64,000 nucleotides of DNA from an uncultured Lachnospiraceae bacterium (GTDB lineage: Bacteria; Bacillota; Clostridia; Lachnospirales; Lachnospiraceae): the NCBI GenBank assembly GCA_947589095.1, contig CANQBX010000008.1, forward strand, positions 2,949 through 66,948. Direction: 5' to 3'. Every line of letters starts with the position of its first letter. The stretch's first letter is position 1. Below the pieces are notes generated by a model. It was given only the letters and a program-made list of their open reading frames with translations. It ran no database searches and had not been told where the DNA came from. This document shows, one piece after another, positions 47,010 to 54,773 of the stretch. The position numbers and the translations under genes were made by a program.

Positions 47010-47072
47010 GAGCTGAAATCATGCGCAGGGACGCCGGGGTTATGCGCAGAGGCGTTGGAATCATGTGCAGAG
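47010..47072. repeat. Three imperfect 21-bp tandem repeats upstream of hemZ
   Basis: atgcgcag at 47021, atgcgcag at 47042, atgtgcag at 47063. Confidence 0.5.
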
Positions 47073-47122
47073 ACAGTCCGGCCGTGAGGGATACCGTTAC
47101 AAGGCAGGAGTTATAATTTATT

Positions 47123-48694
47123 ATGATAGAGATACGACTGAATGACAATTCATATGAACAGGATATCCGGGAGCTTCTGATGGCGTTCTATCCCGGGGAG
47201 GGGTTCGTCTATGGAACGCTGGAGCCGAATCGCGGCGATGTGACGGATGAACGGCCGGCTGTGCCTGCGGTATCTTCTGCTATTCACCTGGCAGTGGAAG
47301 GTCTGGTAAGCGACGATCACCGTTCCTTCCGCCTGCGTCTGATCTTCGTGGGAGAGGCGGAATTTCATGTGATGCGCGCTCTTCCGCCGGAGCTTGAGAA
47401 GGAGGCCGCCCGCCGGGATGAGCCCATTTTCCTGGACTACGACGACCGCACCGACGCGAAGAACAAGATCAAGCGCCGTCTCTATGTGCTTCTGATGTTC
47501 GCCACCGGGAAGCTGCTTCCGTGGGGCGCGCTCACCGGCATCCGGCCGACGAAGATCGCCATGACGAAGCTTCAGGAAGGCGCGGGCGCGGACGAAATCG
47601 CCGCGTTCATGAAAGAGAATTATTACGCAAGCGACGAGAAGATCGCCTTAAGTATCGAGATTGCGCAGCGGGAGCGGGAGCTTCTGTCCGCCGTCGACTG
47701 CGCCGGCGGCTACAGCCTGTACGTCGGGATCCCGTTTTGCCCGACGACCTGCCTGTACTGTTCGTTCACGTCTTTCCCGATCGGCAAATGGGCGGGGAAG
47801 ACCGGCCTCTATCTGGACGCGCTGTTTAAGGAAATGGATTATGTGTCCCGGAAAATGAGCGGCCGCACGCTGACGACGGTCTATTTCGGCGGCGGAACGC
47901 CTACCTCTCTGTCCGCGGAGGATCTGGACCGCCTGTTTACGAAGCTGTGGGCGGTGTTCGACGTGGACCGCGCCAGGGAGTTCACGGTGGAAGCCGGACG
48001 TCCGGACAGCATTACCCGAGATAAACTCCGGGTGCTTAGGAAACACGGCGTCACGCGCATTTCTATCAACCCCCAGACCATGAACCAGGCGACGCTGGAC
48101 CTGATCGGCCGCCGCCACACGGTGGAGGACGTGAAAGAGAAATTTGCCATGGCCCGGGAAGAGGGCTTTGACAATATCAATATGGATCTGATCGTCGGAC
48201 TCCCCGAAGAGGATATGGAGGAGGTCCGTGCCACGATGGAGCAGATCAAAGAACTGGGCCCCGACAGCCTGACAGTCCATTCGCTGGCTATCAAGCGGGC
48301 TGCGCGGCTGAACACGATGAAGGAGGTCTACAAGGATCTGAAGATCGTGAACACCCAGGAGATCATCGATATGACCGCCCGTTATGCGCGGGAGATGGGG
48401 CTGGAGCCGTATTATCTCTACCGCCAGAAGAACATGGCCGGGAATTTCGAGAACGTGGGCTACGCCGCCCCCGGCAAGGCGTGTCTCTACAATATTCTGA
48501 TCATGGAAGAGCAGCAGACGATCGTGGGCTGCGGCGCGGGAACGACCACCAAGCGGGTGATCCCCGGCGAGAACCGGATCGAGCGGGCGGAGACGGTGAA
48601 GAATGTGGAGCATTATATCGCACGGGTGGACGAGATGATCGAGCGGAAGGAGAGGTTGTTCGCGCTGCCAGAGAAATCTTTAGAAAAGTATTGA
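47123..48694 (+). CDS. hemZ: HemZ-type radical SAM protein (coproporphyrinogen dehydrogenase-like)
   Basis: WGALTGIRPTK, YVGIPFCPTTCLYCSF (CxxxCxxC), YFGGGTPT, EAGRPDS, PYYLYRQKNM. Confidence 0.92.
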   Translation: MIEIRLNDNSYEQDIRELLMAFYPGEGFVYGTLEPNRGDVTDERPAVPAVSSAIHLAVEGLVSDDHRSFRLRLIFVGEAEFHVMRALPPELEKEAARRDEPIFLDYDDRTDAKNKIKRRLYVLLMFATGKLLPWGALTGIRPTKIAMTKLQEGAGADEIAAFMKENYYASDEKIALSIEIAQRERELLSAVDCAGGYSLYVGIPFCPTTCLYCSFTSFPIGKWAGKTGLYLDALFKEMDYVSRKMSGRTLTTVYFGGGTPTSLSAEDLDRLFTKLWAVFDVDRAREFTVEAGRPDSITRDKLRVLRKHGVTRISINPQTMNQATLDLIGRRHTVEDVKEKFAMAREEGFDNINMDLIVGLPEEDMEEVRATMEQIKELGPDSLTVHSLAIKRAARLNTMKEVYKDLKIVNTQEIIDMTARYAREMGLEPYYLYRQKNMAGNFENVGYAAPGKACLYNILIMEEQQTIVGCGAGTTTKRVIPGENRIERAETVKNVEHYIARVDEMIERKERLFALPEKSLEKY

Positions 48695-48719
48695 AATTTC
48701 TTGAAGAGTTGCATATAAT
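48691..48719 (+). promoter_or_regulatory. Promoter of antitoxin RNA 1: TTGAAA-N17-TATAAT
   Basis: -35 at 48691-48696 overlaps the hemZ stop codon; -10 at 48714-48719. Confidence 0.8.
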
Positions 48720-48725
48720 AATAAC

Positions 48726-48813
48726 AGGAACAACCACCTCTACAAGAGGTTGGCCAATTACTAAGTTGGAAATTCCGTCCTTGCACTGGTCAAAGTATAC
48801 AAGGGCGGTTTTT
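48726..48813 (+). ncRNA. Putative type I antitoxin sRNA 1 (~90 nt)
   Basis: Starts just after a consensus promoter; hairpin ACCTCT-aca-AGAGGT; terminator CCGTCCTTG/CAAGGGCGG plus TTTTT; antisense to the 3' UTR of peptide gene 1. Confidence 0.65.
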
Positions 48814-48829
48814 CTTTATGAGAAAAACG

Positions 48830-48913
48830 TTACTGACTTATCAAAACGATAAGGGTCAGCAATGCAAGAATGAACATCCCAAAGGCCATAAGGTCCTTAA
48901 AATCGAATTTCAT
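48830..48913 (-). CDS. Putative type I toxin peptide 1, MKFDFKDLMAFGMFILALLTLIVLISQ (27 aa)
   Basis: GGGAGGT SD 7 nt upstream; single hydrophobic helix; differs from copy 2 by three synonymous and one non-synonymous change. Confidence 0.85.
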   Translation of the reverse strand: MKFDFKDLMAFGMFILALLTLIVLISQ

Positions 48914-48982
48914 CTGCACCACCTCCCATCTATGTAAAATGGAAGGCCAACACCTTGCAGTGACATGATTGTTCCCATGAAT

Positions 48983-49011
48983 ATCTTATCATAGTTGGGA
49001 CGATATTTCAA
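48983..49011 (-). promoter_or_regulatory. Promoter of toxin mRNA 1: TTGAAA-N17-TAAGAT (extended TG)
   Basis: Minus-strand -35 at 49006-49011, -10 at 48983-48988. Confidence 0.75.
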
Positions 49012-49046
49012 CGCAAAAGAATATAAAAAGATTTTCAAGGTAAGTA

Positions 49047-49075
49047 TTGAAATTTCTTGAAGAGTTGCATATAAT
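49047..49075 (+). promoter_or_regulatory. Promoter of antitoxin RNA 2: TTGAAA-N17-TATAAT
   Basis: Identical to copy 1. Confidence 0.8.
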
Positions 49076-49081
49076 AATAGC

Positions 49082-49170
49082 AGGAACAACCACCTCTACA
49101 AGAGGTTGGCCTGTATTGAGAGATAGAAATTCCACCCTTTCAACAGCCAAAGTATACAAGGGTGGTTTTT
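49082..49170 (+). ncRNA. Putative type I antitoxin sRNA 2
   Basis: Same architecture as copy 1; terminator CCACCCTT/AAGGGTGG plus TTTTT shows compensatory changes relative to copy 1. Confidence 0.65.
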
Positions 49171-49184
49171 CTATACGAAAAACG

Positions 49185-49268
49185 TTACTGGCTTATCAAT
49201 ACGATAAGGGTCAGCAATGCAAGAATGAACATCCCGAAGGCCATAAGGTCCTCAAAATCGAATTTCAT
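49185..49268 (-). CDS. Putative type I toxin peptide 2, MKFDFEDLMAFGMFILALLTLIVLISQ (27 aa)
   Basis: Same SD and frame as copy 1; K6E difference. Confidence 0.85.
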   Translation of the reverse strand: MKFDFEDLMAFGMFILALLTLIVLISQ

Positions 49269-49337
49269 CTGCACCACCTCCCATCTATGTAGGATGGAAG
49301 GCCAACACCCTGCAGTGACATGGTTGTTCCCATAAAT

Positions 49338-49366
49338 ATCTTATCATAGTTGGGACGATATTTCAA
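49338..49366 (-). promoter_or_regulatory. Promoter of toxin mRNA 2: TTGAAA-N17-TAAGAT
   Basis: Identical to copy 1, shifted by 355 bp. Confidence 0.75.
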
Positions 49367-49395
49367 CGCTTTAATGAGATATCAATATTTCAATT

Positions 49396-49875
49396 CTACT
49401 CCAGGATAAGCTCCTTTTTGTCCGCCAGAAGTTCATTGATCCGCATCACATCCATATGATGCTCGATTCCGTATATAACGACCGCGTCCCGCGAAGATCT
49501 GGCATAGAGAATCCCTTCTCCTGCGCACTCCAGGCACCTCTGCGTCTCCCGCAGCGTAAGTCCGGCTGCGATGCACATCGCCAGGATCTTGTCGCGTCCC
49601 GGCTGCCGGGCGCCGCTTAGGATCTGGTAGCCGTAGGTGCGGTCTAGTTGCGCCGCACGGATGATATCAGACTTTTTCAGATCGTGGATCTCAAGAAAAT
49701 GCTGAAAGCAGCCGGCGAAATCCAAACTGGCGTCCGGTTTTGCATGTGTTTCAAGATAATTGTCCAGTTCCTTCTGTGAATGGGTGCTGGTCAGAATATG
49801 CAGCAGCTCGCCGGTGGTTTTGGTGTCTGCAGACTGCGGCACCCCGGCGTGGGCGTCATTTTCTTTCTTAAGCAT
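49396..49875 (-). CDS. XRE-like helix-turn-helix protein
   Basis: LKKSDIIRAAQLDRTYGYQILSGARQPGRDKIL HTH-like segment; AAGGAG RBS; TTGCGA-N17-TAGCAT promoter (49935-49907). Confidence 0.8.
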   Translation of the reverse strand: MLKKENDAHAGVPQSADTKTTGELLHILTSTHSQKELDNYLETHAKPDASLDFAGCFQHFLEIHDLKKSDIIRAAQLDRTYGYQILSGARQPGRDKILAMCIAAGLTLRETQRCLECAGEGILYARSSRDAVVIYGIEHHMDVMRINELLADKKELILE

Positions 49876-50123
49876 GTCGGGTTCTCCTTTTGTATTTCCA
49901 TTTTTTATGCTACACTAAATATAGTTATTTCGCAAGTGAAAATTGGCCCAGGTAATAGTTGTCGGCCTTGGCGTTGGGTCTGGCGCCGGGTTTGAACAAA
50001 GCCGGGAGTTGTGCGGCGGCTCGTGCTGTCGGAAGTTCGTCCGCTTCCGGCGGAAACGAAGCGTGGCCGGCCCGGCCGCGGATAAGACTTTGGGAATATT
50101 TTCAGAAATGAAGAGGAGGCCAT

Positions 50124-51530
50124 ATGCCGGATCGATATCAGGAAATCACCCCTATTGGAAAATACAAAAATATCTGGCTGGTTCTTGACCGGGACACAGG
50201 GAAGGTCTATGTGAGGAAATGCCTCGAGACGTTCAATCAGGAAGTATATGAACGCGTGGCGCGGCTCCACAATGTCCATATCCCCGGCATAGCCGCGTGG
50301 AAACTGGAAGACGGCAGGTTCTGGCTGATCGAGGAATACGTAAACGGCGAGACATTGGAGGAACGGATCAATCGTGGAGGGACATTTACCCGAGAGGAAG
50401 CAGTCAGAATCGTCCGCCAGGTCTGCGAGGCCCTTGCGTGCCTGCACAGCCAGGAGCCGCCGGTCATTCACCGGGATGTGAAGCTGTCCAACATCATGAT
50501 CTCCCATGACGGCGTTGTGAAGCTGATCGACTATAATGCGGCCCGGCTTTATGAAAAGGGACTGAAGCAGGACACCCGGCTGATCGGGACCGAAGCTTAC
50601 GCGGCTCCCGAGCAGTTCGGCTTCGCCCAGACGGACGCCAGGACGGATATCTACGCACTTGGCGTGGTGTTCAATTATCTCCTGACCGGAGTTCATGTCA
50701 AAGACCAGATAGCGGAAGGCGACTGCGGCGCCGTTATCCGGAAATGTACGCAGATGGACCCGAAGCAGAGATATCAGTCGGTGTGGGAACTGGATCAGGC
50801 GCTGCAGGTACTGCAGAGGAATGGTTCGGCCGGAGCGGCGGGGAAGATGGCGGCGGCAGGGAATGTGGCGGAGACGACAGGGGCGACAGAGACGGCAGGG
50901 GCGACAGAGACGACGGAAAGGCCAGGGACGGCGGAGATGGAGGAGAATGCGGCAGAAACGATGGAGACGGCAGAATTCCTCCGTGCAAAACCTGCGTCCG
51001 CGCCCCGAACGGAGAAAGAGGCAGGATTCCATAGAGAGGATCGATACACAGAACGCAGGAGTGAAACTGGCAGGCATGGACCGAACGGGAGAGATGCAGA
51101 CAGATATCAGGAGAGTAAAAACGAAACAAACCGGTACCAAGAAGACGGATACGAAGGAAATAAACATGTCGGAAAGCAAGGTATATGGCCGATCCCTGGT
51201 TTCCGAAGCGGCGTATGGTGGAAGAAGCTTCTGGCGGTAGCGGGGTATCTGTTCATCATTTATGTAAGTCTGAGAGTGGAGTTCGAGGTGGATGCGGGCC
51301 GGCCGCTGGCGCTGTGGACGGATCGGATTCTGGTGCTGATCAGCCTGCTCCTTACAGTTGCGGTATATACGGACTATCATGGCGCTGCCGCGAAAATGCC
51401 GCTTCTGCGCAGCAAGAAGGGATGGATCCGTCGTCTGGGATATTGCATGGTCTGGCCGTTCATATATGGGATTCTTATTCTGATTGAGGTCATGGTCACA
51501 TTATTGTTTCAGGCTGTCGTGAAAATTTAG
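50124..51530 (+). CDS. Hanks-type Ser/Thr protein kinase with a low-complexity linker and C-terminal TM helices
   Basis: VIHRDVKLSNIM, KLIDYNAAR, GTEAYAAPEQFG, DIYALGV; three C-terminal hydrophobic segments. Confidence 0.92.
   Translation: MPDRYQEITPIGKYKNIWLVLDRDTGKVYVRKCLETFNQEVYERVARLHNVHIPGIAAWKLEDGRFWLIEEYVNGETLEERINRGGTFTREEAVRIVRQVCEALACLHSQEPPVIHRDVKLSNIMISHDGVVKLIDYNAARLYEKGLKQDTRLIGTEAYAAPEQFGFAQTDARTDIYALGVVFNYLLTGVHVKDQIAEGDCGAVIRKCTQMDPKQRYQSVWELDQALQVLQRNGSAGAAGKMAAAGNVAETTGATETAGATETTERPGTAEMEENAAETMETAEFLRAKPASAPRTEKEAGFHREDRYTERRSETGRHGPNGRDADRYQESKNETNRYQEDGYEGNKHVGKQGIWPIPGFRSGVWWKKLLAVAGYLFIIYVSLRVEFEVDAGRPLALWTDRILVLISLLLTVAVYTDYHGAAAKMPLLRSKKGWIRRLGYCMVWPFIYGILILIEVMVTLLFQAVVKI
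50871..50924 (+). repeat. 18-bp in-frame tandem repeats in the kinase linker (ETTGAT/ETAGAT/ETTERP)
   Basis: gagacgacaggggcgaca gagacggcaggggcgaca gagacgacggaaaggcca. Confidence 0.75.
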
Positions 51531-51574
51531 AAAAGTATGCTGCCAGCATACCAAATCATATCAGGAAAATAGTA

Positions 51575-51608
51575 AACTGCCGGTATAAAGAGAAAAATAC
51601 CGGCAGTT
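51575..51608. terminator. Bidirectional terminator between the converging kinase and XRE genes
   Basis: Perfect 12-bp inverted repeat AACTGCCGGTAT / ATACCGGCAGTT with a 10-nt loop. Confidence 0.75.
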
Positions 51609-51978
51609 ATTTTGATGCGTTATCGGAAGAAGAGGAGTTCCGGCCGAAATGCGCAATCACATCTTCCAGCAGGTTCTTAACCAGAGGAAGAGCTTCCCTG
51701 GGACATTCGCTGAGAAGCTGGGACAGTTCGCCGTTCATATAGACAGGAGAAGCGCAGTCCGCGCCCTGCAGGATATAAGAGGGCTCTATTTCCAGAAAAT
51801 GACAGATCTGAACCAGCCGCTCCAGATTGATCTGCGTTCTCCCGCATTCGATCCTGCTGATGAACGCGGTGGAAACATCCAGATATTCCGCCAGCTGCTC
51901 CTGCGTGACATGTTTTTCTTTCCTGCATTTGGCCAGGCGCTGGCCCATCAGTCGGTAATCGAGTATCATGCGTATCAC
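51607..51978 (-). CDS. XRE-family transcriptional regulator
   Basis: GQRLAKCRKEKHVTQEQLAEYLDVSTAFISRIECG. Confidence 0.92.
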   Translation of the reverse strand: MIRMILDYRLMGQRLAKCRKEKHVTQEQLAEYLDVSTAFISRIECGRTQINLERLVQICHFLEIEPSYILQGADCASPVYMNGELSQLLSECPREALPLVKNLLEDVIAHFGRNSSSSDNASK

Positions 51979-52018
51979 CCCTTTTGATTATATGCGGAAT
52001 TGGGGGAAATGATAAGGA

Positions 52019-52063
52019 ATCTATAAGTTAATGTTGACTTATAGATTTATATTGTTGTATACT
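52019..52063 (+). promoter_or_regulatory. Promoter TTGACT-N18-TATACT overlapped by a perfect 10-bp palindromic operator
   Basis: ATCTATAAGT (52019-52028) - 8 nt - ACTTATAGAT (52037-52046) covers the -35 box (52034-52039). Confidence 0.7.
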
Positions 52064-52091
52064 TTAAAAAATGAATATGGAGGAGAATGCT

Positions 52092-53597
52092 ATGAAGAAG
52101 ATGATATCTGTTGTATTAGCAGCTGCATTAGTCCTGAGCGTTGCAGCATGTGGTACGTCTGGAAACGTGCCGTCTCAGGAGAGCACAAGCGGTGTGTCAG
52201 AAGAAGTGTCTTCCTCGGAGAGTGAAAGCGCTGAAGCCGAGCAATTGCAGACGACAGTGGCCGAGCAGAGCGAAAACGATGATGTTGATCAACCGCAGAC
52301 TACGGTTTCCGAACAAAACGAAACCGCTAAGCCGGACACGCCGGCGAACGAAGATACTTTGCCGGAATTTCAAAAGGAAGCGACAATTACCGAAACCATT
52401 CTTTATGACGAGAACGATGTACGGATCATAGCTACGGATCTTACTTATAACAATTATGCCGCAGAATTGGCCGTGACAATTGAAAATAATTCAGACAAGG
52501 ATCTTGACTTTATAAGTAACTCGGCGGGTTATAGCTGCAATTCTGTCAACGGATATATGATTGAAGACGGTTATATGAACTGTGATGTTGCCGCAGGGAA
52601 AAAGGCGAAGGATACGATCTCGATCAGTTATAATACGCTGATGCTGTACGGAATTTTTGAAATTGCCGATCTGGAGGTTGGCTTTTCCATTACGGATGAT
52701 GATTATAACCGCATTTATACCGGATCATGCCAGATCATGACAAGCGCGGCCGATCAGCATGATTATCAAAAGGAGTATTATAAAGAAGCGATTGTCAGTG
52801 CTGCCGCACAGAATAATTTTGGCTATACGGTTCCTTATTTTTCAGACGAGCCGTTGTATGACCAGGATGGATTTGCAATTGTCTCCAGCACAATCATGAT
52901 GAATGGGGATGGGGAAGACATGCTGCTTCTGGAGGTTAAAAATACTACGGAGAAAACGGTTAATGCGGTTACGAGCGATATTTGTATTAATGGACTGGGC
53001 ATATATGGCTCGACTTGGTCTTCAGATACTATTAATCCCGGAAACACAGCGATCGTTGTCCTCGATCTGTCCAGACTGCTGAACAATGATTATCGCGATG
53101 TTTATGGCGTTCAGGATGTTGGAACGGTTGACCTGACCATGAAATTCGAGGATGTAGATGGGGAAGAAGTGGGATCCCCGGCGGAGATTACCGTAGAGAA
53201 TCCGAATGTCGAACCATCCTTCAGTAAGGAAGGCCAGGAGGTATATAATGCGAACGATATTCGGATCGTCATGAAGGATATCGTGGAAGACAGTTCGGAA
53301 TACAGTAAGGATATGTATATTCTGCTTCTGGCAGAGAATAACGGCACCGAACCGGTTACACTTCGCGGTGCATACGATTCCTTTTCTTTAAATGGGTATA
53401 TGATGAGTTTCTATATGAATCAAGTACCTATAAAGGGCGGAGATTCCGCAATGTTGGAGATCTATTTAATGGAATCTGATCTTGAGGAAAACTCGATTGC
53501 AGAGATTTCCGATATCACGCAGATGGAGATGGAGATCGAGATTATGCAGGAGTACAATACGATTGATACGGCGAAACTTGTTGTGGATTTCAATTGA
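52092..53597 (+). CDS. Large acidic lipoprotein with three repeated beta-sandwich-like modules
   Basis: Lipobox VAAC; GGAGGAG RBS; repeats (LYDENDVRII...IENNSDK / LYDQDGFAIV...VKNTTEK / VYNANDIRIV...AENNGTE). Confidence 0.85.
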   Translation: MKKMISVVLAAALVLSVAACGTSGNVPSQESTSGVSEEVSSSESESAEAEQLQTTVAEQSENDDVDQPQTTVSEQNETAKPDTPANEDTLPEFQKEATITETILYDENDVRIIATDLTYNNYAAELAVTIENNSDKDLDFISNSAGYSCNSVNGYMIEDGYMNCDVAAGKKAKDTISISYNTLMLYGIFEIADLEVGFSITDDDYNRIYTGSCQIMTSAADQHDYQKEYYKEAIVSAAAQNNFGYTVPYFSDEPLYDQDGFAIVSSTIMMNGDGEDMLLLEVKNTTEKTVNAVTSDICINGLGIYGSTWSSDTINPGNTAIVVLDLSRLLNNDYRDVYGVQDVGTVDLTMKFEDVDGEEVGSPAEITVENPNVEPSFSKEGQEVYNANDIRIVMKDIVEDSSEYSKDMYILLLAENNGTEPVTLRGAYDSFSLNGYMMSFYMNQVPIKGGDSAMLEIYLMESDLEENSIAEISDITQMEMEIEIMQEYNTIDTAKLVVDFN

Positions 53598-53662
53598 GGG
53601 GAGTAATTGTCAGGGCGTAGATTTGTTAGTTTGGGCATATCTGTCAATGAGATGTGTATTCT

Positions 53663-53702
53663 AAAAAAAGAGAGGTGGCTGTCAGACGGTCGCCTCTCTT
53701 TC
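53663..53702. terminator. Strong bidirectional terminator at the edge of the AT-rich block
   Basis: AAAAGAGAGGTGGCTGTC-A-GACGGTCGCCTCTCTTTT. Confidence 0.8.
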
Positions 53703-53826
53703 GAAGGTTAATAACATCATTCAGTAGCAGTGTGTCGCATAAGCAGGATAAATCATTTGTCAGTAGAGATTAAAAACGCAAACCAGATCAAATATATAAT
53801 TTGATACACATATCACGAGGTTAAAA

Positions 53827-54414
53827 ATGAAACTGATTAAATTTGATTGTAATAATTGTGGCGCTCAACTTGAAATGGATTTAGATAATTTGCAAGTGTA
53901 TTGCCCATATTGTGGACAGAAATTGCTTATTGATATTGATCAAGTAGATCACATACTAGTGGCACGAGAGGAAACAAAGCAAGCACAAGAAAAAACCAAA
54001 CGTTTTCAAATCGCGCAAGATTATAAAGATAAGAAAGATCGCAGAGATCATTGTTCTGACGCTTTCCGAACTGCCGGGATGTTCATTATTCTAATTTTTT
54101 GTTATGCGTATATATTTTTTATGGGCCATAACGAGAGAAAGAGTCATCAAGCAAATAATGATATTCAAATATCGGTATCTTCCGATGATCTAAAAGAAGA
54201 AGATATAGATAGTGTTGTCAGAATTCTTGAAAATTGTGGATTCAAGACTATTAACACAGTTAATGCGAAGGACTTGGTATTTGGCTTCTTGTCCAAAGAA
54301 AACGAAATCGACACTGTTGCTATCAATGGGGATAAAGAGTTTGACAAAGGCGACTGGTTCCCACAAGATGCAGTAGTTACCATTACTTACCATGGATTTC
54401 CTGACAAAGAATAA
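53827..54414 (+). CDS. Zinc-ribbon + TM + PASTA-like domain membrane protein
   Basis: CNNCGA...CPYCG; coiled segment; one TM; C-terminal LENCGFKTI...VAINGDKEFDKGDWFPQDAVVTITYH. Confidence 0.78.
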   Translation: MKLIKFDCNNCGAQLEMDLDNLQVYCPYCGQKLLIDIDQVDHILVAREETKQAQEKTKRFQIAQDYKDKKDRRDHCSDAFRTAGMFIILIFCYAYIFFMGHNERKSHQANNDIQISVSSDDLKEEDIDSVVRILENCGFKTINTVNAKDLVFGFLSKENEIDTVAINGDKEFDKGDWFPQDAVVTITYHGFPDKE

Positions 54415-54773
54415 TAAAGACGGCAAAATGTGTTGTCTTTATTTATCCCGAAGGACTTAAACGTGAAACTTAAATGAGGCAGGTAGTCAAAAAAGTGTAT
54501 CACAAGCAAGCTTTTCATAGGTGGTGTTTGCGGATGACATCAGTAGATATTGATAACAAAATCTGATGGTTAGTGATACTGTGGCAGCGCAGAATAAAAC
54601 AAATTTGGGGGATGAACGTCAGTCATGAATTGAAAATCAGTTTAGTCCATGGGACGGACGGCATAAAGAATTATGCGAGTTGTTTAGGCAAACTAATTTG
54701 ATAAATACGGGAAGTCTTTGTTGATATTCGATAAAATCAGCAATATGATAAACGCAGACTTAATTCTGTCAGA

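Larger units (their letters stand above)
48686..49369. repeat. Tandem duplication of a ~329-bp unit (48686-49014 and 49042-49369)
   Basis: Both units run from aagtattgaaa to tttcaacgc with a 27-bp spacer; divergence is concentrated in one internal block. Confidence 0.95.

Noticed and set aside
49047-49292. 81-aa plus-strand ORF within repeat unit 2 (and 48481-48852 over unit 1)
   Set aside because: Its TTG start is the -35 box, and the reading frame is not preserved between copies after the variable block, whereas the minus-strand 27-codon ORF is.
48686-49369. CRISPR array or IS interpretation of the tandem repeat
   Set aside because: Only two ~329-bp units; no short repeat-spacer periodicity, cas genes or transposase.
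49950-50100. GC-rich hairpins in the kinase leader as a riboswitch
   Set aside because: Short stems are expected by chance at this GC level and no known aptamer consensus is seen.
48600-53830. tRNA/tmRNA gene, att site or integrase at the island boundary
   Set aside because: No cloverleaf, recombinase ORF or flanking direct repeat found.
54415-54773. Possible pseudogene fragments between the Zn-ribbon gene and the GTPase
   Set aside because: Only short broken frames; no family recognisable by eye.
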